Source of the DNA: Candidatus Binatia bacterium
GTDB lineage: Bacteria > Desulfobacterota > Binatia > UBA9968 > CAXXLF01
Assembly (NCBI GenBank): GCA_963664015.2
Contig: CAXXLF010000002.1
Location: 256,001 to 320,000 of the forward strand
Direction: 5' to 3'
DNA: 64,000 nt
The notes beneath the pieces are model-generated. The model did not search any database and was not told the origin of the DNA. It was given only the letters and a program-made list of their open reading frames with translations. This document shows positions 51,221 through 61,021 of this stretch, one piece after another (position 1 is the first letter of the stretch; every line of letters starts with the position of its first letter). The position numbers and the translations under genes are program-made.

Positions 51221-52354
51221 TTAAAGTCTGTAAAATCGAGCGGCGTTCTCCCCGATGAGTTTCTGCTTTACCGTATCGGGCATATCCGATCGTGCCCGCC
51301 AGTTTGCCACAAAAGACCCTTCCGCCGATGCGTCCTCGTGGGGGAAATCCGAAGAGCACATGAGAGCCCCGTCACCCAAATGCTCAAATAGATAGCGAAA
51401 ATCCTCGTCCCCTTCGCAATTGACAAAGGCCCGGCCTGAACGAATAAGCTGTTCCGGATCTTGATAGTGTTCACGATCGATCCCGCTCGCATAGACGGGT
51501 TGACCGGTCTTATCTCTGGACACCGCCACCGGTTTCGAACGCCGTTGTAATTGCTGAACCGTGTAGGGAACCCACCCCGCACCGGTCTCTAAAAATCCCA
51601 CCCGTAGCTTTGGGAAACGAGTGAGAAGGCCCGTTCCCATAACCGCTACGAAACCCCAGATGACGGGTACCGTCGCCGAACAGAAAAAAGCACGTCCATC
51701 ACTAAACAGGTCGGTGACCTGGGGTGAAGACCAACCAAGATGAATACAAATAGGCAGATCATGCTTCTCCGCTGCACTGTAAACAGGATGGAAAGTTGGA
51801 TCGTCCAGGGATCGATCCCAGACCATCCCCATAGTAAAAATTCCAGCAGCGCCAAGATCGCTCACCCGTTGGATTTCTGCCACCGCCGCTTCCGGATCAC
51901 GGAAGGGGATCAACGCCGCCCAACTTAAGCGCCCTTTGGACTTCGCACATGCCTGCGCCAGGTAGGTATTGTACGCATTAAACAAAGCCCCTTCGAGTTT
52001 TATATCGCTTGCCGAAGAGACTAGGAACAAACTAGGGTAAATTATCTGCACGTCGATATTACGCTGATCGAGATCCCCCAGGCGAGCCTCCACATCGGAA
52101 AGTGTCTGAGAGCCTACACTGGCATCATGGGACGCTGTTCTACGGTCACCGGGGACAAGAAACGTGGTCCGCCCACGGGTTCCCAGGGTCGGATAGGTCT
52201 TGCCTTCAATAATCCAGGCTCCGTTGAAATCGCCCCGCACAGTGTCCGCAGGCATAAAAACCGAGACCGGCCTGCGGGGATAAAACTCGCCGGGCAAATC
52301 GGCAAACATCGCTTCGCCTTCAACAATATGGCCATCTGCATCGATTGTACGCAT
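51221..52354 (-). CDS. amidohydrolase-2 family protein
   Basis: IDADGH, IIYPS, CIHLG, FLETGAGW, SSDFPHED. Confidence 0.9.
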   Translation of the reverse strand: MRTIDADGHIVEGEAMFADLPGEFYPRRPVSVFMPADTVRGDFNGAWIIEGKTYPTLGTRGRTTFLVPGDRRTASHDASVGSQTLSDVEARLGDLDQRNIDVQIIYPSLFLVSSASDIKLEGALFNAYNTYLAQACAKSKGRLSWAALIPFRDPEAAVAEIQRVSDLGAAGIFTMGMVWDRSLDDPTFHPVYSAAEKHDLPICIHLGWSSPQVTDLFSDGRAFFCSATVPVIWGFVAVMGTGLLTRFPKLRVGFLETGAGWVPYTVQQLQRRSKPVAVSRDKTGQPVYASGIDREHYQDPEQLIRSGRAFVNCEGDEDFRYLFEHLGDGALMCSSDFPHEDASAEGSFVANWRARSDMPDTVKQKLIGENAARFYRL

Positions 52355-52408
52355 TGTGGTTTACTCCTTTATAATTCCCCTATTAAACCCATTTGATTCT
52401 CCGAATCG

Positions 52409-52942
52409 TTACCTGCCCGGTGCGTCCTTCTTACCCTTCCAGTCCGGAGAGTTTTCTACCTGCTCGAACATGTTCCCCAGGGCCTTCATGAAGGTATGAT
52501 ACTGGAAAGCCATCCACTTCGCCGGCTGCTCATGTATCTTGTTAAAATGCTGGTGCTCGCAACCCCTGGGTTTGACCGGCAAGGTAATCAGGTCCCATTT
52601 TTCCCAATCGAATCTTTGGCCGTCTACCACCGTGTAACCGTCTCCCTCCAGGACGAGCAGGTGGATGCCTCCCTGATGGCGGTGCTTACCCGATTGGGCC
52701 TTGATGTCGTGAATAAAACAAATCCAGTCCGAGGCAGCCGCATCGTCGGTGTCATGAAAGGATAAAAACATCTTCAGCAAACCCTGTCTATTTTGGCGCC
52801 AGGGAATGTCCTTTCCCCTGAGTACAATCTTACCGGTTCGAGCACGGTTTCTGAGTGCAGCGTAGATTTTTAGCGTCTCATCATAATGCCTGGCATCGTC
52901 CTTTTGGGCAGGTTCCGATTCGCTGACCTTTTCCCTCTCCAA
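52409..52942 (-). CDS. small cupin, copy 3 of a tandem triplet
   Basis: A TTG start at 52942 after GAAGGGA gives 177 aa; HRHQGG..GCEHQHFN. Confidence 0.8.
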   Translation of the reverse strand: MEREKVSESEPAQKDDARHYDETLKIYAALRNRARTGKIVLRGKDIPWRQNRQGLLKMFLSFHDTDDAAASDWICFIHDIKAQSGKHRHQGGIHLLVLEGDGYTVVDGQRFDWEKWDLITLPVKPRGCEHQHFNKIHEQPAKWMAFQYHTFMKALGNMFEQVENSPDWKGKKDAPGR

Positions 52943-52991
52943 CTTCCCTTCTATCCTGTCTCCGGATTCCGACCCGTGAGGTCCACTGGGA

Positions 52992-53525
52992 CTATTTTGA
53001 AGCGGCTCCATCCTTCCCTTTCCAGTCGGGGGAATTCTCCACCTGTTCGAACATGTTTCCCAACGGCTTATTGAAAGGGTCATACTGAAAAGCCATCCAT
53101 TTGGCGGGTTGCCCGGGGACTTTGTTGAAATGTTGGTGTTCGCACCCCCTGGGCTTGACCGGCAAGATGATCAGATCAAATTTCTCCCAGTCGAATCTCT
53201 CTCCATCGACGACCGTGTAACCTTCACCTTCGAGTACAAACAGCTGGATCCCCCCCTGATGCCGGTGTCTCCCGGAGTGAACTTTCACATCATGAATAAA
53301 ACAAATCCAATCTGACGCTGCGGTATCGTCAATTCCATGGGAGGATAGGTAGGTTCTGACCAGCGCTTGCCGGTTCTGGCGCCAGGGTACATCCTTCGCA
53401 CGGATAACGATTTTACCTTCCTTGGCACGATCTCTCAGAGCTGAATATATTTCCAGCGTCTCCTCGTAGTGCCTCGCATCGTCCTTCTGAGCGGGCTCCC
53501 TTTCTCTGACTCTTTCTCTCTCCAT
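52992..53525 (-). CDS. small cupin, copy 2
   Basis: HSGRHRHQGG..GCEHQHFN; AGGAG RBS. Confidence 0.85.
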   Translation of the reverse strand: MERERVREREPAQKDDARHYEETLEIYSALRDRAKEGKIVIRAKDVPWRQNRQALVRTYLSSHGIDDTAASDWICFIHDVKVHSGRHRHQGGIQLFVLEGEGYTVVDGERFDWEKFDLIILPVKPRGCEHQHFNKVPGQPAKWMAFQYDPFNKPLGNMFEQVENSPDWKGKDGAASK

Positions 53526-53539
53526 CGCCTCTCCTTTAT

Positions 53540-54061
53540 TTATCCTTTTTTACTTTTCCAGTCCGGTGAGTCTTTTACCTGCTCGAACATGTTTCCCAAT
53601 GGCTTGTTGAACGGATTATATTGGAAGGCCATCCACTTGGCAGGTTTCCCGGGCTCTTTATTGACATGATGGTGCTCACAGCCATTGGGCTTGACGGGTA
53701 GAATGACCAGGTCCCATTTCTCCCAATCATATTTTTTCCCGTCAACATCGGTCGTACCTTCCCCTTCCAGAATAAACAGCTGGATTCCTCCCTGGTGGCG
53801 GTGTGTCCCTGAATGGGCTTTAATGTCATGAATAAAGCAGATCCAATCCGCCGCCGCCGTGTGGAAGGCGCCATAGGGAGTTAAAAATGTTTTAACCAGT
53901 GCTTGACGGTTCTGACGCCAGGGAATTTCCTTGGCCCGCAACACGATATTTCCGTTCCCTGCACGGGCTCTATCTGCAGCTGTGGTTTTAAGCAAGGCCT
54001 CGTAATCCGGGTCATCAACGACCTGGGCGGGCTCCGCCTCCCTAACCCTTTCTTTTTCCAT
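53540..54061 (-). CDS. small cupin, copy 1
   Basis: HSGTHRHQGG..GCEHHHVN. Confidence 0.85.
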   Translation of the reverse strand: MEKERVREAEPAQVVDDPDYEALLKTTAADRARAGNGNIVLRAKEIPWRQNRQALVKTFLTPYGAFHTAAADWICFIHDIKAHSGTHRHQGGIQLFILEGEGTTDVDGKKYDWEKWDLVILPVKPNGCEHHHVNKEPGKPAKWMAFQYNPFNKPLGNMFEQVKDSPDWKSKKG

Positions 54062-54249
54062 AGTTGCCCTCTAAATTATTCAAAATGACGGCTTAGGTAT
54101 TCCGATAAGACATCTCAGTCCCCGTACCGCCGGCCATCTTACAACGAACCGTATCAACTTGACAAGTTCGCCGAGACCATACTACGGTTCGCAGGGAGTG
54201 CTCTCAAAAACTCTCGGAAACCGTCTCGACATTCAGGAAAGGAATCCCT

Positions 54250-55662
54250 ATGTCCTACAAAAACTTAAGAGATTATTTGGATAGGCTGGAGAGCGATGGA
54301 GACCTCCTTCACATTCACCGTGAAGTGGACCCGGTTTTTGAAACCGCGGCGGTCATTCGCCGCGCTGGAGAAAAGGCCGTTTATTTTCATAATCTCAAAG
54401 GCTCCTCAATGCCCATGGTCGGCAACCTGTTCGGCAACCCCAAGAAGATCGAACTATGCCTGCAACTAGAGCGGGAAACACTCGTGCAGGAATACTGGCG
54501 CCGCTCTCGGACTCCCATTGACCCGGTTGTGGTGAATTCGGGACCTGTTCAAGAGCGGGTATACACGGGAGATGAGGTCAACCTGAACAACCTCCCCATA
54601 CCCATAGCCCACGAATTCGATGGCGGCCGGATCGTCGACTCCGGGCTCGCCATAGCGCGCGACCCGGAATTGGGTTACAACCTTTCCATCCACCGGCTTC
54701 ACCTCAAGGGTCCCCAAAAGACCGGAATCCTTTGCGGAAAGGTCCAACACCTGGGTCACTACATGACCAGGGCCTGGGAAAAAGGAAAGCGTCTGGAGAT
54801 CGCCATCGTCATTGGTGCCGATCCCGTTCTCTACATCGCGTCCCAATCCCGAATGGGTTTCGGCATCAACGAGCTCCAGCTAGCCGGTGGCTTACGCGAA
54901 TCCCCCGTGGAGCTGGTCCAGTGTAAAACCGTGGATCTTGCCGTACCGGCTCATGCCGAAATCGTTCTTGAAGGTTATATACAAGGAGGTGAGCAAGAGC
55001 CCGAGGGACCTTACGGTGAATTTCCCGGCTATTATGGCTCTTCTGAGGCGTCTCCAGTCGTTCATTATACAGCCATCACGACACGACCGGATCCCATCTA
55101 CCAGATGATCCTCATCGGAAAGCCACCAACGGAGAACAACTACCTGACCCTGATGCCCAAGACCGCAACCGTCTATCAAATCATACGGGAGTGTGTAAAC
55201 GAGGTCCGTGATATTTATATTACCCCAGGCAGTTGCGGAACCTATCACTGCATCATTGCAATCAAAAAATGCTTTGACGCCGAGCCCCGCCGTGCAATCC
55301 TTGCGGCACTATCCGCCAGGAATGGACTGCGCCAGGTCATCGTCGTCGATGACGATATCGATATACGAAATTCTGTGGAGGTTGAATGGGCCGTGGCCAC
55401 ACGCAGCGAATTTCGAAAAGACGCGATCTTTGCAGACGACATGTACGGGGGTCTCAACCCTGCACCCATGGGAAAAGCCGGCCGGAAGACCACTACCACT
55501 TATGGAATCGATGCAACCTTACCACTCGATCGAGAGTACCCGCAAGTATGCGATGTCCATCAAGAGACTCTCAAAAGGGTAGACGCCGAGTGGGACAGTT
55601 ACATTGCAAGTCCCGATTCGGCTCCCCTGGGAAAACGAAAGATCGCTGGCCAAGGCGGTTAG
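54250..55662 (+). CDS. UbiD-family (prFMN-dependent) decarboxylase
   Basis: NLSIHR, AEIVLEG, EGPYGEFPGYY, VVDDDIDI..VEWAVATR, IDAT. Confidence 0.92.
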   Translation: MSYKNLRDYLDRLESDGDLLHIHREVDPVFETAAVIRRAGEKAVYFHNLKGSSMPMVGNLFGNPKKIELCLQLERETLVQEYWRRSRTPIDPVVVNSGPVQERVYTGDEVNLNNLPIPIAHEFDGGRIVDSGLAIARDPELGYNLSIHRLHLKGPQKTGILCGKVQHLGHYMTRAWEKGKRLEIAIVIGADPVLYIASQSRMGFGINELQLAGGLRESPVELVQCKTVDLAVPAHAEIVLEGYIQGGEQEPEGPYGEFPGYYGSSEASPVVHYTAITTRPDPIYQMILIGKPPTENNYLTLMPKTATVYQIIRECVNEVRDIYITPGSCGTYHCIIAIKKCFDAEPRRAILAALSARNGLRQVIVVDDDIDIRNSVEVEWAVATRSEFRKDAIFADDMYGGLNPAPMGKAGRKTTTTYGIDATLPLDREYPQVCDVHQETLKRVDAEWDSYIASPDSAPLGKRKIAGQGG

Positions 55663-55685
55663 TAAATAGGGCAGCAGGGTGTGGA

Positions 55686-56444
55686 TTAGAGCATCTGACT
55701 GCCGCCGTTAACAGCGATGGTCTGGCCGGTTATAAAATCGCTTTCCCCCGAGCTCAAAAACACTATGGTTCCTACCAGGTCCTGTGGAGTTTCAACTTTT
55801 TTAATACACCCCGCCTGGGACCGTTGCTCATACTGCTTCATACCGGCATCGTCCACATCGTCGAGACTCAAGGTAAGCCCTGGCGCCACCGCATTGACGC
55901 AGATGTTCCAATCACCCACTTCGCGGGCAATACATCGGGTAAAGCCGATCACCGCCGCCTTCGAGGTCACATAGTGTGCGAACCTGGGCGTCCCCTGGAG
56001 AACCGTACCCGAACTAATATTCACGATTTTCCCGTACTTCCGCTGCTTCATTGCAGGTAAGACCGCCCGGGTGCAGAGAAAAACACCGCGCACGTTCACG
56101 GCCATCACCCGGTCCCATTCCTCTACCGAAATATTTTCGAAGGGCCCACGGGTAACGGAAGGACGCTGAAAACAGGCGGCATTATTGACCAGCCCATCGA
56201 TTCGTCCGAAGCGATCCATTGTCGCCTTAACCATTTTTTCCGTTGCCTCCAATTGGGACACATCCACCGCCAAGGGGAGGGCTTCCGCCGCCCCAAGCTC
56301 CTCGGCTGTCCGCTCGGCAAGCGACCCGTCAATATCTGCCACCACCAGCTTGGCTCCTTCTCGAGCCAATCCCTGGCAGTAGGCCTTACCGATTCCCTGA
56401 GCACCCCCGGTAACAATAATCACTCGATCCGAAAGTCTGGCCAC
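55686..56444 (-). CDS. SDR family oxidoreductase
   Basis: TGGAQGIG, NNAA, YVTSK; GTG start after AGGAGG. Confidence 0.9.
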   Translation of the reverse strand: MARLSDRVIIVTGGAQGIGKAYCQGLAREGAKLVVADIDGSLAERTAEELGAAEALPLAVDVSQLEATEKMVKATMDRFGRIDGLVNNAACFQRPSVTRGPFENISVEEWDRVMAVNVRGVFLCTRAVLPAMKQRKYGKIVNISSGTVLQGTPRFAHYVTSKAAVIGFTRCIAREVGDWNICVNAVAPGLTLSLDDVDDAGMKQYEQRSQAGCIKKVETPQDLVGTIVFLSSGESDFITGQTIAVNGGSQML

Positions 56445-56499
56445 GAGTCACCTCCTGTGTTTTCTAACCTTTTATGATGAGCTTAAACCGGTTTGCCGG

Positions 56500-56920
56500 T
56501 TACTTCACTATCTTCCTTAAAAAGTCCTGAATCTCCTTCCTCTTGGACACCCATTTTTCCTTATAGTTCATTTGATATTTAGCGATATTCTGAACCCGTG
56601 GGATGATTCTTGGATTGAGATGATCCTGTGACAGATCAACACGCCGGCTCCAGTTCCCGGAGGCGCGAGTCCATTGGGTTTGGGTTTCACGACTCAGCAA
56701 CCAGTTGATGTAAACCTTGGCCGCATTGGGATGGGGAGAACGATTCACCAACCCCATACTTGCGGAACCCGAGATGACATAACTGCCCTCTTTCATCTTG
56801 TCGGCGGTCTGTATTTCGCACGGTAAGCCTTGCTTCTTGAGTGCTTCATAAATGGATGAGCTAAAGGCAAGACCCACTGGATTGTCCCCTCTGGCAACCC
56901 ACTCTAACTGTTGCGTGGTA
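56500..56920 (-). pseudogene. ABC substrate-binding protein C-terminal fragment
   Basis: QQLEWVARG..KQGLP..KEG..SPHPNAAKVYINWLLSRE.Q; the N-terminal two-thirds are absent and the fragment abuts the ubiD stop. Confidence 0.75.
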
Positions 56921-56921
56921 A

Positions 56922-58358
56922 TTAGCGATCCATCTTCAATAGATTTCCCCATCGTTTGAGGGCATTGGCCTCCGCTTCCTTATTGATAGTGATGGCGGGA
57001 GCAAACTCCGCTAGCCTTTCATAGGGTCGCGTGGCATCGATGAGCATTCTTGATGTGAAGGCGGGTGCACCATTGGGCACCGCCGGATCTAAAATGCTAC
57101 TGGGCACTCTCCTCAAGATATCGACATCGATTCCCGGGTCGAATCGAGTACAAACCGCCCACATGAGGTCTTCCAGGTTGGTAATGTCGACGTCGTCATC
57201 CACCACGATAACAATCTTGCTATGCATAACGCTGTAGGCATTGCTCGCCGTCACCAGAACCTGCTTTGCGTGACCCGGGTACTGCTGTTTAATCGACAAC
57301 GCTACAAACATCTGTGCAGCGCCGCAGTCGTGGTTCCAGGCACCGAGGACCCCGGGGACCCCCATTCCCTTGAGTTCTTCCTCCAGGGAGGCAGATTTCA
57401 ATATAGAATGGACGAACGTGCTCTCGTTGGGTGGACGCGTGGGAGGGGATCCCAGGACAATGGGTTGGGACCGATAATAAATCGCCTCCACATCCATACA
57501 AGGCTCGTCACGCTGTCCCGATCCGTAGTAACCTGTAAATTCTCCAAAGGGCCCTTCCGTACGCTTGTTGTTGGGCTGAAAATGCCCCTCCAAGACAACC
57601 TCTGCATCGGCCGGCAGAGGAAGTCCTGTCTTCTCTCCGGTAAACACCGAGATTGCCTCGCCCTTAATACCGCCGGCCAGATCGTATTCGCTTTGGTTTG
57701 GCGGAACCCCCAGGGAACTGGCACTGAGAAATACCAGTGGGTCCTGGCCCAACACAATGGCCACGGGACAGGGTTTGCCTTCGTCAAGGTACTTTCTCCG
57801 AATAATGGAGCCGTGGTGACTCGAGCCGATATAGACGGTCAATTCACTCTTTCCTTGAAGCTGAACCCTGTAAGTTCCCAAATTCACCCACCCAGTGTCG
57901 GGGTCCTTGAATATCACCACGCACCCGGTACCTATGTAACGTCCCCCGTCCTCGTCATGCCAAAAGGGCGCAGGAAAGAGACCTAAATCGACATCAGCAC
58001 CCCCAAGGCGATTTTCCATGACCGGTGGATTGTCAACCAATCGGGGGGGAATGGGAACGAGCCCCTTCCACTTCGCCTTCCACTTATCAACCAATTCTCT
58101 GTAACCACTGACATCCCCGAGACGGAGGGTGTGCGCTAGCCGACGGGTAGACCCCAGCGTGTTGACCAGAATACGAAATCCCACCTGATGGTCGGGAATC
58201 TCATCGAACAGCAGGGCGGGCCCCTGCTTTTGTCGCCGTGCAAGTTGAGTCAACACCCCGATTTCCTGGTTCCAGTGAGCCCCTTTCACATCGAGGACTT
58301 CACCGGTTTCTCGAAATTGGTCTATCCATTGCCTTAAATTCTGGTACTGATTGTCCAT
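56922..58358 (-). CDS. UbiD-family decarboxylase
   Basis: DGGRYIGT, NLGTYR, AEVVLEG, EGPFGEFTGYY, VVDDDVD..WAVCTR, IDAT. Confidence 0.92.
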   Translation of the reverse strand: MDNQYQNLRQWIDQFRETGEVLDVKGAHWNQEIGVLTQLARRQKQGPALLFDEIPDHQVGFRILVNTLGSTRRLAHTLRLGDVSGYRELVDKWKAKWKGLVPIPPRLVDNPPVMENRLGGADVDLGLFPAPFWHDEDGGRYIGTGCVVIFKDPDTGWVNLGTYRVQLQGKSELTVYIGSSHHGSIIRRKYLDEGKPCPVAIVLGQDPLVFLSASSLGVPPNQSEYDLAGGIKGEAISVFTGEKTGLPLPADAEVVLEGHFQPNNKRTEGPFGEFTGYYGSGQRDEPCMDVEAIYYRSQPIVLGSPPTRPPNESTFVHSILKSASLEEELKGMGVPGVLGAWNHDCGAAQMFVALSIKQQYPGHAKQVLVTASNAYSVMHSKIVIVVDDDVDITNLEDLMWAVCTRFDPGIDVDILRRVPSSILDPAVPNGAPAFTSRMLIDATRPYERLAEFAPAITINKEAEANALKRWGNLLKMDR

Positions 58359-58459
58359 CTCAAATCCTTCAACTCATTGTGTCTGGGCGAGTCCAGTAAC
58401 GGTACCGAGGGGAATCATCTATCTGACATTTCTTTAAATATTTCGATAGAATTGCGCGG

Positions 58460-58488
58460 ATTCTAGTTCAGCCTAGGCAGTCTGTCAA
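58460..58488 (-). promoter_or_regulatory. putative sigma70 promoter TTGACA-N17-TAGAAT
   Basis: Near-perfect consensus upstream of the ubiD start at 58358. Confidence 0.6.
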
Positions 58489-58555
58489 GGATAGACCCTG
58501 CCATCCCCGTACCATGGGTTCTGGAACGGAAGATTCGTCGTTACCTGTCCTTACC

Positions 58556-59281
58556 TTAGGGCATCTTCTCCAAAAGACACCCGTATCCTTTTTGCCGCTG
58601 GCGCACACTGAGCCTTTTTTGTATAGCCCAACACCGTGCCGTTACTGGATGGACGACTGGGACCCCCAGGTCCTGCTCAAGCAAATCGATAATATCGAGA
58701 GTGCGCCATCCGGAACCCAGCATGTAGATTCCCTCTGCCTTCGGGCTTCCGAGAAAGGCCCGCTTGGTATGGGCGTAGACCTCCTGAGAAGAGAGCTTGC
58801 CTACGTCTTGGAAGGGTACGGAAATGCCAGCCATATCGGCAACGTCAAATCCTGCCTGAGTAAAGTAACGGGTAAACGTATCATTGATCGTCCCCGTGAA
58901 ATAGGTCACACCCACAAAACGCCTTACATTCAAGGCCTTCAGGGCCTCGACCTGCGTCGTTCCCGAGGTGATGACGGGAATGCCATGCTTAGCCTCCCAC
59001 TGTTTCAGGATTGCCTGTTCTCCCTGATAACCGTGAACCATAAAAGGCGGCCCTCCCTCGGGATGGATCAAGTCCACCTCGGCCTCTGCCAATTCGGCTA
59101 TCTTGGTTTCATAAGCCGCCATCACCTCTCGGAACTCGTCCTCGGTACCCCTTTTAATGCCAACGAACAGAGGGATCACCCCGATGCCTTCAGGAAGTAG
59201 ACGAATGAGCTCCTCCAGGGATCCCGGCCTTAGCGTGGGTTTGATCAATCCCACTGTGCCTCGCCAACTCATATAAGCCAT
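58556..59281 (-). CDS. Asp/Glu racemase / maleate cis-trans isomerase / AMDase superfamily protein lacking the catalytic Cys residues
   Basis: GLIKP, GIPVITS..ALKAL..VTY..YF..AGFDV..LEQDLGVPVV..W..GYG.L fold motifs. Confidence 0.8.
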   Translation of the reverse strand: MAYMSWRGTVGLIKPTLRPGSLEELIRLLPEGIGVIPLFVGIKRGTEDEFREVMAAYETKIAELAEAEVDLIHPEGGPPFMVHGYQGEQAILKQWEAKHGIPVITSGTTQVEALKALNVRRFVGVTYFTGTINDTFTRYFTQAGFDVADMAGISVPFQDVGKLSSQEVYAHTKRAFLGSPKAEGIYMLGSGWRTLDIIDLLEQDLGVPVVHPVTARCWAIQKRLSVRQRQKGYGCLLEKMP

Positions 59282-59519
59282 TTATTCTCCATTGCCTCTT
59301 ACGCGCTTCTGTCATCAGACTTGTTGTGATTCACACTCCGATCCTCCCATTAAAGGACTGCCTTGGGCTTGTCAACCTATCGCTCCTATGGCAGCAAGGG
59401 ATCCTGCGAACTAACGAATTTCATCATGTTTGCACGCCAATCTACCGATGTTATATTGTTTCTAAATTACGAAGCGCAAGTCGACAACGCCTAGACCGTC
59501 TTGAAGGAGAGTCGCCTTT

Positions 59520-60911
59520 ATGCAGGAAGAGTCCTATGAGCTAACGGTGATTGGGGGCGGCCCCGCAGGTTACACCGCGGCAATCCGAGCCGCCCAACTT
59601 GGATTAAAGACCGCTCTGGTTGAAAAAGAACGACCGGGCGGCGTTTGCCTCAACTGGGGCTGTATACCGTCCAAAGCCATTCTCCATTGCGCCGAAATGG
59701 TCGAATCCTACCGCGAGAGCGCGAAGTACGGGATTCATTGTGACGGCATCTCCGTAGATTATCCCAAGGTCATTGACTACAGCCGAAAGGTTGCGGACCG
59801 GCTGGCTAAGGGCGTCGAATCTCTCCTCAAGAAAAATCACATCAAGCTATTTTTGGGCATCGGTAGCCTCCTGGCACCTGGGGAAGTACTGGTTCAAGGA
59901 AAAACAGAGATCAAGATCCTATCCTCCAAGATACTTCTCGCTGCAGGGAGCAAGGAAAGGCTCCTCCCCGGGTTGGAGATCGATGGCGAAACCATTGTGA
60001 CCAGTCGAGAGGCACTCGCACGAAAGAATCTCCCAAAGTCGGTCTTGATTATCGGAGGAGGCGCCATCGGGGTGGAGTTCGCCTATGCCTTCAAAAGTTT
60101 CGGGGCCGAGACCACCGTAGTCGAAATGATGGACAGACTATTGCCGGAAATGGACGAAGAACTGGGACGGGAACTTGAGCGGGCCTTTAAAAAGAAAAAG
60201 ATCCGCGTTCTCACCCAAACTAGATATAAGGCAAATCAACGGGAGAAAGGTACTGTAACGGTTACCGTTGAGGGGAAAGACAAAAAAGAGAGTTCCCTCG
60301 CCGTCGAACTGGTCCTGGTAGCGGTGGGGCGGGCGCCTCTGACGGAGGGTCTCCAGCTGGAAAGGCTAAAGATCGAAACGGACAGAGGATTTATTAAAAT
60401 CGACGATCAATACCAAACCAGTTGTAAAGGCATTTATGCCGTAGGCGACGTCACGGGTCCGCCCCTGCTCGCGCATTTTGCCTCCGCGGAGGGGATCGCC
60501 GCCGTGGAGATGATGCTCGGCAAGGACAGGAAAAAGGTTCAGCGGCATGAGATTCCCGCCTGCGTCTACTGCCAACCGGAGGTGGCAAGCGTTGGGTTGA
60601 GTGAGAAACAAGCAAGGGAAACAGGCCAGGCCGTCAAGGTCGGCCGGTTCCACTTCCGTGCCGCGGGGAAAGCCGTGGCTACAGACCACATCGATGGCTG
60701 GGTGAAAGTAATTTCCGGTGAGGATGGAAGGATCCTGGGGACCCAGATGATCGGTAAGGGGGTTACCGAGCTCGTGGCCGAGGCTGGCGTGGCACAACAC
60801 CTGGGGGCCACCGTGGGTGACATAGGCCGAACCGTTCATGCCCACCCGACTCTTTCAGAGGCGCTCATGGAAGCATCTCTGAACGCTCTGGGAGAGGGCA
60901 TCAACTCTTAA
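59520..60911 (+). CDS. lpdA: dihydrolipoyl dehydrogenase
   Basis: GGGPAGY, GGVCLNWGCIPSK, GGGAIGVE, YAVGD, HAHPTLSE. Confidence 0.95.
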   Translation: MQEESYELTVIGGGPAGYTAAIRAAQLGLKTALVEKERPGGVCLNWGCIPSKAILHCAEMVESYRESAKYGIHCDGISVDYPKVIDYSRKVADRLAKGVESLLKKNHIKLFLGIGSLLAPGEVLVQGKTEIKILSSKILLAAGSKERLLPGLEIDGETIVTSREALARKNLPKSVLIIGGGAIGVEFAYAFKSFGAETTVVEMMDRLLPEMDEELGRELERAFKKKKIRVLTQTRYKANQREKGTVTVTVEGKDKKESSLAVELVLVAVGRAPLTEGLQLERLKIETDRGFIKIDDQYQTSCKGIYAVGDVTGPPLLAHFASAEGIAAVEMMLGKDRKKVQRHEIPACVYCQPEVASVGLSEKQARETGQAVKVGRFHFRAAGKAVATDHIDGWVKVISGEDGRILGTQMIGKGVTELVAEAGVAQHLGATVGDIGRTVHAHPTLSEALMEASLNALGEGINS

Positions 60912-61021
60912 TAACAGGATCCTCTTGCGATAGCCCCAATACATAACTTGACAGTGAGGTTCCAACATGCAGAATCAGCTAACTCGAGGCCATCCACTTC
61001 ATCAAAAATATTGGAGAGCTT

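Noticed and set aside
1569-53083. Longest-ORF starts at 1569, 18053, 26184, 44781, 46942 and 53083
   Set aside because: They overlap neighbours or promoters; downstream starts have an RBS and/or match family N-termini.
59520-60911. lpdA as the missing Rieske reductase
   Set aside because: It has the canonical CxxxxC disulfide and HxxxxE dyad of E3, not a ferredoxin-reductase signature. Orphan lpdA genes are common.
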